This document shows, in pieces, positions 26,572-34,455 of a stretch of DNA of 53,412 nucleotides (position 1 is the first letter of the stretch; each line of letters opens with the position of its first letter). Made by a program: the position numbers and the translations under genes. Below the pieces are notes generated by a model that worked only from the letters and a program-made list of their open reading frames with translations, was not told where the DNA came from and searched no databases. The stretch lies in IMG/VR virus record IMGVR_UViG_3300032257_000017, positions 1 to 53,412 of that record. One strand, 5' to 3'. Origin of the DNA: a virus (Duplodnaviria; Caudoviricetes).

Positions 26572-26870
26572 GGGGTGGCTCCTTTCAGCGACCACAATTC
26601 AAGGGCAGTCGGCTGGCGCCAGTCGCCAACGATGTCGCGCATCTCGCCGCTGGCATCGCGGAAGCCGACGGTGCCGACCCAGACCATCAGGCCGAGAACG
26701 TCGCTCGGCGGGTCGATGTACCAATCAGACAGGCACCGGCCCTGCGTCTCCAGTTCGCGGGAGAACTCAGGGCCCGTGACGGACAGCACCCATGCGTCCC
26801 CAAGCCAGAAGTCTGACTCAGACAGCGTTGGCTGCTCTGCGATGAACACGGACATTCGTTCGGCACTCAC
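26568..26870 (-). CDS. Hypothetical protein
   Basis: 100 aa; GTGA coupling. Confidence 0.55.
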   Translation of the reverse strand: MSAERMSVFIAEQPTLSESDFWLGDAWVLSVTGPEFSRELETQGRCLSDWYIDPPSDVLGLMVWVGTVGFRDASGEMRDIVGDWRQPTALELWSLKGATP

Positions 26871-27238
26871 GACCCACCCCCTTCGGTCTGCGGCCCCGGG
26901 GTCGCACCACCCACCTTGAGCGGCGCTGCCCACCCCTTGTCGAAGTCGGCCATTGCGTCGGCCACGGAATCACCGAACCCGGCAACGCCGTCCTGCAAGT
27001 TCTCGCCGTACAGCGCGCACCACTTGTCGCCGTCCATGAAGACTCGCGGTCGATAGACCGCGCTGGGTCTGGCGTGGGCATCGGCTGCCGCGCTGACATC
27101 AAACGCTGCCTGCTGCCACGCCTGCGGCACGTAGCCTGGTATGGTGTCCCGCAGTGCGCTGTTGAGGTCCGTACTATTGGCGATGCGGTCGAACGCTTGC
27201 CGCGCAGCGCTCGCAATCATGTAGTCGGCGTCAGACAT
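26867..27238 (-). CDS. Conserved phage hypothetical protein
   Basis: RPSAVYRP..DGDKWCALYGENLQDGVAGFGDS...AMADFD; recalled as a widespread phage family. Confidence 0.75.
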   Translation of the reverse strand: MSDADYMIASAARQAFDRIANSTDLNSALRDTIPGYVPQAWQQAAFDVSAAADAHARPSAVYRPRVFMDGDKWCALYGENLQDGVAGFGDSVADAMADFDKGWAAPLKVGGATPGPQTEGGGS

Positions 27239-27534
27239 CACCCACCCCCTTCGGTCTGCGGCCCCGGGGTCTCGCGAACCATCGCTTGCTCGTACCTCTT
27301 GCCAGCGTCCGCAAGACGGACAGCCGCACCCGCCAACAGCGGACCCGCAGGCTCCGGCTTGCTGTGGTCTGGCGAGCACACCCGGGGCACCTCGTCGGCG
27401 GTGTAGAACCCTGCCGAGAGGATGTCGTCCGTGTACCCGCTGCACTTCGGTCGCCAGAGCAGCCCCGAGTCGGTGTGTCTCAATACGAAGATGTCCATCA
27501 CTCACCTCCAGTCGAGGTCTGCGGCCCCGGGGTC
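26872..27534. repeat. Gene-junction repeat (32 bp at 26872-26903 and 27240-27271; 19-bp core at 27516-27534)
   Basis: Core GGTCTGCGGCCCCGGGGTC; encodes TPGPQT at the C-termini of three consecutive genes. Confidence 0.92.
27238..27501 (-). CDS. Hypothetical protein
   Basis: 87 aa; WRP..SGYT....AGFYT motif. Confidence 0.7.
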   Translation of the reverse strand: MMDIFVLRHTDSGLLWRPKCSGYTDDILSAGFYTADEVPRVCSPDHSKPEPAGPLLAGAAVRLADAGKRYEQAMVRETPGPQTEGGG

Positions 27535-27911
27535 GGGATGCGCCAGTGGGTGACGCCAGACAATCCGCCGAGAGGCCAGAGCCGGAGACCTCGAACGTCC
27601 TTGTTCCACCACACCTCGACACGCTCGCCCACCTCCGGCATCGCCTTCCCGACGCTGACCCAGCCGTGGGGGTCTTCGGCAAAGAAGCCGAGCACCATCG
27701 CCTTGAGCGCGGCCTTCGCCTCGTCCAGAGTGGTCGCGCCCCTTAGCGGATCCTCCCGGTCGGCCATCGTGTTGCACGCCAGCCAGCCACCCCCGCGGGC
27801 TTCCGCCAGCATCCAGCCGGACTCGTGGAAGTGTTCGCCCTCGGCGCTGCCCACGTCGGTGCCCTCGTAGTGGCTCCATCCGCCACCATCCTCAATGAGT
27901 TCGCAAGTCAT
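27498..27911 (-). CDS. DUF551-like domain protein
   Basis: GWVSV..AMPE...VTHW..P. Confidence 0.65.
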   Translation of the reverse strand: MTCELIEDGGGWSHYEGTDVGSAEGEHFHESGWMLAEARGGGWLACNTMADREDPLRGATTLDEAKAALKAMVLGFFAEDPHGWVSVGKAMPEVGERVEVWWNKDVRGLRLWPLGGLSGVTHWRIPTPGPQTSTGGE

Positions 27912-28111
27912 CGCTCCTCCTCCCGCGCCTCTCCGCGCGTAAATCCAGCCGTCAGGCGCCCTGAGGCGCTCTCTCCGGGCTTTTCGGTGTCCGGCCCGTC
28001 TCCCGGGCAGTGCAGCGGCTCAGGCTCGTCTGTGCGGATCGGTGTCGCCTCTAGCAGCGCGTCCACTTCCGCGCGCCATGCGAGTGCCTGGGATGGGGTC
28101 GGCGGGGTCAT
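27908..28111 (-). CDS. Hypothetical protein
   Basis: 67 aa; coupled on both sides. Confidence 0.5.
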   Translation of the reverse strand: MTPPTPSQALAWRAEVDALLEATPIRTDEPEPLHCPGDGPDTEKPGESASGRLTAGFTRGEAREEER

Positions 28112-28308
28112 CACTCGCCCCCATCCTGCCCAATGCCCTCTTCCCACTGACGCTTGAGCGCCATCACCCCGGCCCGCGGGATTGTCCACTGGCGGCGCGC
28201 TTTCCACGCCTTCAGTCTCCCGTCCCGGCAGTACCGCATCACCGTGATGTCGGCCACGCCGAGAAGGGCGGCGGCTTGCGCGATGGTGATATTGTCGGGG
28301 GTGGTCAT
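28111..28308 (-). CDS. Excisionase/BldC-like HTH_17 DNA-binding protein (paralogue)
   Basis: ITIAQAAALLGVADITVMRYCRDGRLKAWKARRQWTI. Confidence 0.85.
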   Translation of the reverse strand: MTTPDNITIAQAAALLGVADITVMRYCRDGRLKAWKARRQWTIPRAGVMALKRQWEEGIGQDGGE

Positions 28309-28718
28309 TCGGACTCTCCGATGAGTGGCGCGCGGTGGACGCTGACCGACTCGGAGTAGTAGCCGTTGGATGAGCCGCACCACCGCATGCTCAGGTCGCC
28401 CTTGGTGGTCCTGATGGCGTAGAAGGTCCACGTCTCAGAGCCGTAATCGTCGTCAGCGTCCCCGTCCGACGTTCGCTCCTCGGCCACGGTGACCTTGGCC
28501 CCGATAAGGTCGGTGGGGTCGCCGTTGAACTCGGCCAGCGCCACGTGCTCACAACAGTCCTGCTGGTGGTGGAGCGTGAAGAATCCCTTATCCGTGACGA
28601 ACTGCACCTCGTCGCTTTCCTCGGACAACCCGTCAACCGCAGTGATCGTCGCTCCGACAAGGGCCCCGATCTCAACCGCTCCGTCACAGCCCCAACTCTC
28701 CCGAAACCGAGTGTCCAT
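28305..28718 (-). CDS. Conserved phage protein (DUF7448-like)
   Basis: H.QDCCE.V...SETWTFY...T.KG....RW.G.SNGYYSESV; GAGGAG RBS. Confidence 0.75.
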   Translation of the reverse strand: MDTRFRESWGCDGAVEIGALVGATITAVDGLSEESDEVQFVTDKGFFTLHHQQDCCEHVALAEFNGDPTDLIGAKVTVAEERTSDGDADDDYGSETWTFYAIRTTKGDLSMRWCGSSNGYYSESVSVHRAPLIGESE

Positions 28719-28791
28719 ACTCTCTCCTCCGCGGGTCTCGTGCCCGCTGTTCTCGACTGTACACGAGTGGACAGGGTTGTGCGGGGGGAAT

Positions 28792-29031
28792 TCAGATTCC
28801 GTCCCACGTCAGCACAGCCGCGTAAGCGCACACGCAGTCCTGCCCGCGCCGAGGCGTCTCGATGGTCGCCCCTCCTCGCCACGTGAGCCGAATCAGGGCG
28901 AGCGAGATGGTCTCAAGGTCGAACCCCGTCGCGTCCGCGATGGCCTGCGGCGACTGCGAGCCTCCGAGGTATTCGAGCCAGTCGTAGACGCCGTTCTCTT
29001 TGACGGTCCAGGGGTGCATGCGCTCGGTCAT
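28792..29031 (-). CDS. Winged-helix DNA-binding protein
   Basis: SPQAIADATGFDLETISLALIRL. Confidence 0.6.
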   Translation of the reverse strand: MTERMHPWTVKENGVYDWLEYLGGSQSPQAIADATGFDLETISLALIRLTWRGGATIETPRRGQDCVCAYAAVLTWDGI

Positions 29032-29879
29032 CCTCTGAAGTCCTCCCCGGCGACTGTGACCCACCGCTTGCCCTCGCCGGTCAATCCCCAGAGACGCGAG
29101 CCGAGACGGTCCCCGCTGCCGTATCGCTCCCCGATGGTCTCTCGGCTCAGGTTCGTACTGAGAATCAGGCAGCCTTGCCCCATGCTCGCGCGATTGGCGA
29201 GGTCGTTGACCGCGTTGTTCCAGAGCTCTGTGCGGTAGCCGCTGGTCTGCTCGAGGCCGAGGTCATCCACCCACAACCCGGCGTCCGTCAGAAGCCGCTC
29301 GATGAACTCGTCCCCGCGCCGCTCCGTCTCCGCTCGGAAGTAGGCACCCATCAGGGCATGGCTCGTCCAGAACTGCACAGGCAGCGTGCGCCTCCCGCCC
29401 TCGGTGAAGGTCCGCGCGTAGTCCTGAACCGCCGCCAGCATCAAGGCCGTCTTCCCTGAGCCTGTAGGGCCAGCCAGGACGAGGGACGAGCCCGGAGTCC
29501 AGTCGCACAGCGCGCGATGGGCGGCAGACCGTCCCGGCGTCAGGAGTAGTGTCGGCTCTGGAAGCGCCCGCACTAGTTCGCGCTCGGCAGCGAACAGCCC
29601 CGCCTGAATCCTCGCCCGGGTCAGCGACATCCCGCGATAGGCGTCGAACCCGCTCATCATCCGGTCGAGGCGGTCGTTAGCGTCGTCCAGCAGGCTCGCC
29701 CGGAGATCGATGAGCACCTTGCACCGCTTGCAGATGGAGCGGTCGTACCAGCCGTGCCGTGTCTTTACCGGCGAGACGGTGCGCCCACACTCCTCACGGC
29801 ACATGGTGTCCGCGGGTCGCGTGTCGAGCGGCTTCGGAGCCTGGGCAAGAGTGGCCTGGAGTGGTTGAGAGAACTTCAT
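29028..29879 (-). CDS. DnaC/IstB-like helicase loader ATPase
   Basis: Walker A GPTGSGKT, Walker B LWVDDLG, LSTNL, DRLGSRL; N-terminal Cys motifs; follows the initiator. Confidence 0.88.
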   Translation of the reverse strand: MKFSQPLQATLAQAPKPLDTRPADTMCREECGRTVSPVKTRHGWYDRSICKRCKVLIDLRASLLDDANDRLDRMMSGFDAYRGMSLTRARIQAGLFAAERELVRALPEPTLLLTPGRSAAHRALCDWTPGSSLVLAGPTGSGKTALMLAAVQDYARTFTEGGRRTLPVQFWTSHALMGAYFRAETERRGDEFIERLLTDAGLWVDDLGLEQTSGYRTELWNNAVNDLANRASMGQGCLILSTNLSRETIGERYGSGDRLGSRLWGLTGEGKRWVTVAGEDFRG

Positions 29880-30928
29880 CCGATGCCCCTTTCCTTCATC
29901 TCGATTTTGTACTTCTCGAAATCCGCTTCCATCTCCGGCGTTATGTCTCGGCTCCCGGGCTTGTTGCGGTAGACGGGCTGGCCGTTGCGCGGTCTCTGAA
30001 CCGCGACCGTCGAGCGTCCGCCCTTGTCCCACTCACGGGCCTCCATCAGTCGAACCTCAAACCGCAGGGCCTTGTAAATGGTGGCGTACTTCGTGTGGCC
30101 TCCGCTGCGAAGCGTCATCGCCTCGCCAGTCGGACAGTTAAGAACCCACTCCGAGATGAGAACGAGATCGGCGGGCGAGCACTTCGGACCCTTGCGGCCT
30201 CGACTGCCGACCATGGCGAGTCGCTTCTCCGTGTAGTCCCGAAAGTCGCCGTCGGGGTCTGGGCCCTGGCCATTGCGCCCGACCATGTAGCCTGGAAAGA
30301 CGATCTCAAGGATGGGGTCAGGCTTCGGAGGGTCCTGCGCGATGAGAGAGAACTGCCCGCCCCCCTTGGGGGGCTTAGGGGGCTCTCCTTGGCTCTCATT
30401 GGTTCTCTTTGGCTCTAAGGGCTCCGGCGAGTCAACTACTGGCGGGCTTTCCGGGGGAACGGGTGTAAGCATCTCATTACGCTCACCGTCACCATCTGCT
30501 AACGCTGGCGTAAGCATCTCATTACGCTCTGCGTCATCATCTGCTAACACCTCGGACGGGTCGAGATAGCCATGGGCTGCGGTCCAGTGAACCCGGTCCG
30601 GGTCGCCGTTGAACCCACATCGCCACCGGTCAAAGTCCTTCTCCAGCACAAAGCGGCCAGAGGTCGTCTTGAGGAGCACGCGCATCTCCACGAGGCCAGA
30701 GATGGCCGTTGACGCGGTGGGGCGCGAGCAGCCGATGGACTTGCCGAGGTCGGTACCTCCGAGGGGGAACGGTTGGACCCTCTTCCCTTTCTTGGCCCAC
30801 CCGTACTGACGCCACAGGCACTCCAGAATCGCGCACCGCTGAATGGGCGTCACCTTCGCCAGCGTTACCGCTCGATACAGGTTGTTCGCGATTCGGATGT
30901 GCCCTTTCTCTTGCTGTACGTCAGCCAT
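29876..30928 (-). CDS. Replication initiator (lambda O-like N-terminus)
   Basis: GHIRIANNL...RQYGWAKK winged helix; internal DNA repeats; PPKPPKGG linker. Confidence 0.85.
   Translation of the reverse strand: MADVQQEKGHIRIANNLYRAVTLAKVTPIQRCAILECLWRQYGWAKKGKRVQPFPLGGTDLGKSIGCSRPTASTAISGLVEMRVLLKTTSGRFVLEKDFDRWRCGFNGDPDRVHWTAAHGYLDPSEVLADDDAERNEMLTPALADGDGERNEMLTPVPPESPPVVDSPEPLEPKRTNESQGEPPKPPKGGGQFSLIAQDPPKPDPILEIVFPGYMVGRNGQGPDPDGDFRDYTEKRLAMVGSRGRKGPKCSPADLVLISEWVLNCPTGEAMTLRSGGHTKYATIYKALRFEVRLMEAREWDKGGRSTVAVQRPRNGQPVYRNKPGSRDITPEMEADFEKYKIEMKERGIG
30465..30548. repeat. 45-bp-period direct repeat inside the initiator gene (putative iterons / origin)
   Basis: GTAAGCATCTCATTACGCTC...CATCTGCTAAC twice; encodes ERNEMLTP twice; relatively AT-rich. 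Confidence 0.75.
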
Positions 30929-31170
30929 CAGACCGCCACCGGTCGGGCCTTCAGCCCCTTGAGGCTACCCACGAGCAGCCCGTACCGGGTCGCCTCGGCC
31001 TCTGTGCCGTCGTCAAAGCGGAGAAGCGCGGGAGCCTCGGTGTAGTGGTGCCGGTTGGACGCGACGACGACTCCGCGGTCTTCGGGGCCCGGGTCTTCGG
31101 CTGTCGTGAATCGGTCGCCAGCCTTGAGGCGGCGGCGAACGTAGGTGGGGCCTGTGGTCCAGCGGGGCAT
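30928..31170 (-). CDS. Hypothetical protein
   Basis: 80 aa; coupled on both sides. Confidence 0.6.
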   Translation of the reverse strand: MPRWTTGPTYVRRRLKAGDRFTTAEDPGPEDRGVVVASNRHHYTEAPALLRFDDGTEAEATRYGLLVGSLKGLKARPVAV

Positions 31171-31820
31171 TAGATTCCGCCTAACTTCGACACTTCAGCC
31201 TCAATGAGAACGCGAACACGCGCCAACTCGTCCGAAGTGTGTGGTGTTCCCGCCCGGTTCAGCCCCTCATAAGCGCGTAGCATCTGAAGCCGCGTAGTGT
31301 GCGTCGGCAGTTCAATCACAGGCATCGTCTTGTTCTTGCAGATGCGACGGGTCAACTCGTGAGCGGTCGGCCAGTGGATTCGGACGAGTGCGCCATCGTC
31401 GAGACCGTGCCCGACGATGCGACGGCCAAAGGAGTGCTCCTCTGCCCGCGTAGGCACAGGCGGGATGACTGCATCCACCTCGCCGTTAATCCAGGCCCAC
31501 AACGCCTCAAGGCGCTGCTTACCGTCCACTACCGCGTAATGAACAGGCGTGCTGTAGCCCTGATCATGGAGCACGATGGCGGGCACCCCGCCGCCGATGA
31601 GCCAGTGCCCAAGGAACGCCTCCCGCTGGGCGGTGGTCCACACTGACTGCCTCTGAAAGTCAGGTGTCACGTCGAAGGCTGCGCGGCGCTCAAGCGTGGC
31701 GCAGAATTCAATCACGGGCCGGTTAGACGCCTGCGGAGACCCGCCGCACCACCGATGCCGCGTGATGGCCTCGTAACCAGCATCGCCAGCGGAAAGGTCA
31801 ATCTCGTTGTCAGCACTCAT
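31170..31820 (-). CDS. Stand-alone DUF262 (ParB/Srx-like, GmrS-type) protein
   Basis: PDFQR..VW, VVDGKQRL and LN..GTP motifs. Confidence 0.85.
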   Translation of the reverse strand: MSADNEIDLSAGDAGYEAITRHRWCGGSPQASNRPVIEFCATLERRAAFDVTPDFQRQSVWTTAQREAFLGHWLIGGGVPAIVLHDQGYSTPVHYAVVDGKQRLEALWAWINGEVDAVIPPVPTRAEEHSFGRRIVGHGLDDGALVRIHWPTAHELTRRICKNKTMPVIELPTHTTRLQMLRAYEGLNRAGTPHTSDELARVRVLIEAEVSKLGGI

Positions 31821-32024
31821 CACACACTCCACGCGCACAACTGCGCATCGCCACATGGTGGCTGGCTTACTCAGCGCGGAGAGGGATTCCCCGGGCTCGA
31901 CTCACCCTCCCGGACTCGACCGCCCCTCTCCGTTATCGCCAGATTCGGGAGGAGGGGACTTACTGTCGAGCTGGCCCCGGGGTGGGGCGGTTGCTAAGCC
32001 TTGCGGCCTCGCGGTTTCAGGGTA

Positions 32025-32477
32025 TCAGAACGGCAGGGTGTCGGGATCGAATCCTTGAGCGCGCATGTGCGCCCGCCAGTTGGCCGCCCTGTATTCGGAG
32101 AGCGCCGCACAGTGGCGCGCGGTGGCAGGCTCGCGCTCGGACTCCGAGAACACGGGGGCCGACTCCAGAACGCCTCTCCGGTCCGCGCTGGCGAGCAGGC
32201 GGGCATACCTCGCGATGATGGCGCCCGCTATCACCCGGTCATCGTGCTCGCGGAACCAGCGGTGCGCCATGCACGTTCCGTAGTCCACGAGCCGCCCATC
32301 TTCGTACCAGTCAGCCTCACAGTCGCAGGCGTCGTCTACTCCGCTCTGACGGTAGTTCAGCATCCGGCGCATCCGGCGAGCGGCGAGGTCCCGATAGGCT
32401 GTCTTCTTGTGGGCGCGCAGGCGGGCGCCGGGATACGCCTGATAGCGGAGCACGTGGCGGGATGTCAGGACGCTCAT
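32025..32477 (-). CDS. Hypothetical protein
   Basis: 150 aa; GGAGGAG RBS; ends DTLPF. Confidence 0.7.
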   Translation of the reverse strand: MSVLTSRHVLRYQAYPGARLRAHKKTAYRDLAARRMRRMLNYRQSGVDDACDCEADWYEDGRLVDYGTCMAHRWFREHDDRVIAGAIIARYARLLASADRRGVLESAPVFSESEREPATARHCAALSEYRAANWRAHMRAQGFDPDTLPF

Positions 32478-32645
32478 CTCTCCTCCAGTGGCGCAGCGCG
32501 CCGGTTGTACTCGCTCATCCTCGGTCTCCTGTCGTGTTCGGGGGCGGGGCTACGGGCATTTTTGGGTCCTTCTTTGGCACCTTGCGGGCTTTGGGTTCAG
32601 GCTCAGGCTGGCGTGTCGGCATGCGGCGCAGGCGTTCGTTGATGG

Positions 32646-32888
32646 TCATTCGGAATCCCATGGCGCTGGCACTCCAGAGCCGCGAGCAGTGACCACGCTG
32701 GAGACAGCGAGGCCGGATTTGAGGTGCCACGCGAGATGAGCACTGCCCGCAAGGTCGGCCACGTCACCGCTCTCACCGCAGTAGATGTCTCGGCCACACC
32801 GCGGGCATGAGACGAGGAACCACGACGGCGCACATGGATAGACCACGACGGCGTTTGAGGCGGTGGCCGTGTCTGGCTCGATGGTCAT
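32646..32888 (-). CDS. Zn-finger hypothetical protein
   Basis: 80 aa; CPRC...HLAWH. Confidence 0.55.
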   Translation of the reverse strand: MTIEPDTATASNAVVVYPCAPSWFLVSCPRCGRDIYCGESGDVADLAGSAHLAWHLKSGLAVSSVVTARGSGVPAPWDSE

Positions 32889-33121
32889 CGCGACACCGAC
32901 TCGCAGAACCGCGCGACGGCGGATTTGGTCCGCGCGTCCGTGCCGAGCTTGCGGAACGGCAGCCAGATGGGCGCGCCCTTGATGGCGTGGACCGTGGTCG
33001 TAGACGGCTCGCCATTCCCACGGCACGTAGCCAGTGGGACATCGCCGCGGTAGATGGTGCGGCCAGACACACGCAGGCCGGTGTTGGCGAGCGTGGTGAG
33101 GTCGGCGGGGGGGAGGGTCAT
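32885..33121 (-). CDS. Hypothetical protein
   Basis: 78 aa; ATGA coupling to the Cro-like gene. Confidence 0.55.
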   Translation of the reverse strand: MTLPPADLTTLANTGLRVSGRTIYRGDVPLATCRGNGEPSTTTVHAIKGAPIWLPFRKLGTDARTKSAVARFCESVSR

Positions 33122-33324
33122 CGGTACCACTCGCCCGGCTTAATGCCGGTGATGTCGCGAATCTCACGGACGTACTCGGACCGAGGAACCTCTCCCTTGA
33201 ACCACCGATAGACGGTGTTCCGTGTCACGTCCAGACGGGTAGCGAAGTCCGTCACCGTCTCGTCATTGAGGGTAAGCCATGCCCGCAGTTTGGCGCCTGC
33301 GGGTGCGCGGTTGTTTGACTTCAT
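33118..33324 (-). CDS. Cro-like XRE HTH regulator
   Basis: 68 aa; VTDFATRLDVTRNTVYRWFKGEVPR; first gene of the leftward arm. Confidence 0.85.
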   Translation of the reverse strand: MKSNNRAPAGAKLRAWLTLNDETVTDFATRLDVTRNTVYRWFKGEVPRSEYVREIRDITGIKPGEWYR

Positions 33325-33443
33325 GGTGCGGACAGTACACGCGGGGCCGTGTCCCGTCAAATGTGACACAAGCCCTTGACGCCCGAATCACACGCAAGTA
33401 ATGTCCCAATCACTGGCCGACGAGACCAGGGAGGGCGAGAGCG
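33325..33443. promoter_or_regulatory. Back-to-back divergent promoters (main switch region)
   Basis: Minus strand: TTGACG-17-TACTGT-7nt-ATG; plus strand: TTGACG(33376)-17-TAATGT(33399). Confidence 0.8.
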
Positions 33444-33695
33444 ATGAAGCGAATAAGCAAGAAGAAGTTTGAGCGTCTTGAGGAGTTGGCCGGATACGCC
33501 AACGAACTCGCTAAGATGCTTCGCGATATCCACGGCGATGCCGACTGCTACATGGACGAGCGGTCTGACCGATGGCGAGAGAGTGACCGTGGCGGGGAAT
33601 ATGAGGAGTGGGTCGAGCTGCTCGATGAGGCGGCTGATGCCGCCCAGGCTGCGGCAGAGTCCGCCGACAATCTCCAGCAGTCTCCGAGCGAGTAG
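33444..33695 (+). CDS. Acidic helical hypothetical protein
   Basis: 83 aa; Y.DERSD.W.ESDRG motif; GGAGG RBS. Confidence 0.75.
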   Translation: MKRISKKKFERLEELAGYANELAKMLRDIHGDADCYMDERSDRWRESDRGGEYEEWVELLDEAADAAQAAAESADNLQQSPSE

Positions 33696-33992
33696 ATGAC
33701 CGTCCGCCACCTCTGGCGCGAGTCCGAGCGATTCCGCCTGCTCTGCAAGGCGCACGACTTGCGCCCCGCTCAGGTCGGGTTGCTCCTGACGCTGAGCGAG
33801 ATGGACGGCGTGTCGATGCAGACCATCGCCGCGAGCATGGACCGCGTAGCGCCCACCATCACGCGCCTCGTGGCTCCGATGGAAGTCGGCGGCTGGGTGT
33901 CCACAACACGCGGCGAGGACGCCCGTGCGCGGCTCGTGTCGCTGACTGAGGCGGGTTGGACGAAGGTCCGCGCGCTGGCAGGGGAGAAGTGA
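33696..33992 (+). CDS. MarR-family transcriptional regulator
   Basis: TITRLV..ME..GWV....EDARARLVSLTEAG. Confidence 0.85.
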   Translation: MTVRHLWRESERFRLLCKAHDLRPAQVGLLLTLSEMDGVSMQTIAASMDRVAPTITRLVAPMEVGGWVSTTRGEDARARLVSLTEAGWTKVRALAGEK

Positions 33993-34198
33993 TGGAAGTT
34001 GAACTCCGAGTGACGTTCATTATTGAGAGCGCAGACGGTGAGGAGATGACCGAGAACGACGCGAAGTCGGCGGCGTCTCTGGCAGCGTGGAACAACCTCG
34101 TCCTGACCCGCAATGGGCGTGACATCGCGGGATCCGTCAGGGTCCACGTTGACGGCCTCGGCCAATGCGACGTGACTGTCGGGGACGGGCACGAGTAA
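33992..34198 (+). CDS. Hypothetical protein
   Basis: 68 aa; coupled. Confidence 0.6.
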   Translation: MEVELRVTFIIESADGEEMTENDAKSAASLAAWNNLVLTRNGRDIAGSVRVHVDGLGQCDVTVGDGHE

Positions 34199-34455
34199 TG
34201 GCCCGCGGCTTCCGAATCACGCTGAAGGGCAACCCCAACGACATCAGCGGCTATCTGGCCCGCGCCGGGAATCTCCTGCGAGACGGCGAGAGTCCGGCAC
34301 CACTGGCCCGCGAGCTGCGCGTCTACCTCGGCAGGCGCCGAGTCGAAGGCGACACGTTGAACAATGCACACGACATCCTCGCCTGCCTCGAAGGCCGCGC
34401 GAGGGGAGACCAAAAGGCCCGGGTTCGGGCGATGATTCAAGGGAGGATGCAGTAG
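34198..34455 (+). CDS. Hypothetical protein
   Basis: 85 aa; TAATG coupling. Confidence 0.55.
   Translation: MARGFRITLKGNPNDISGYLARAGNLLRDGESPAPLARELRVYLGRRRVEGDTLNNAHDILACLEGRARGDQKARVRAMIQGRMQ

Noticed and set aside
26872-27534. CRISPR mini-array (32-bp repeats)
   Set aside because: The intervening segments are whole genes of 260-370 bp, not spacers.
31860-32020. tRNA or tmRNA gene
   Set aside because: No cloverleaf, TTC-containing T-loop or CCA end found; kept only as a possible structured RNA.
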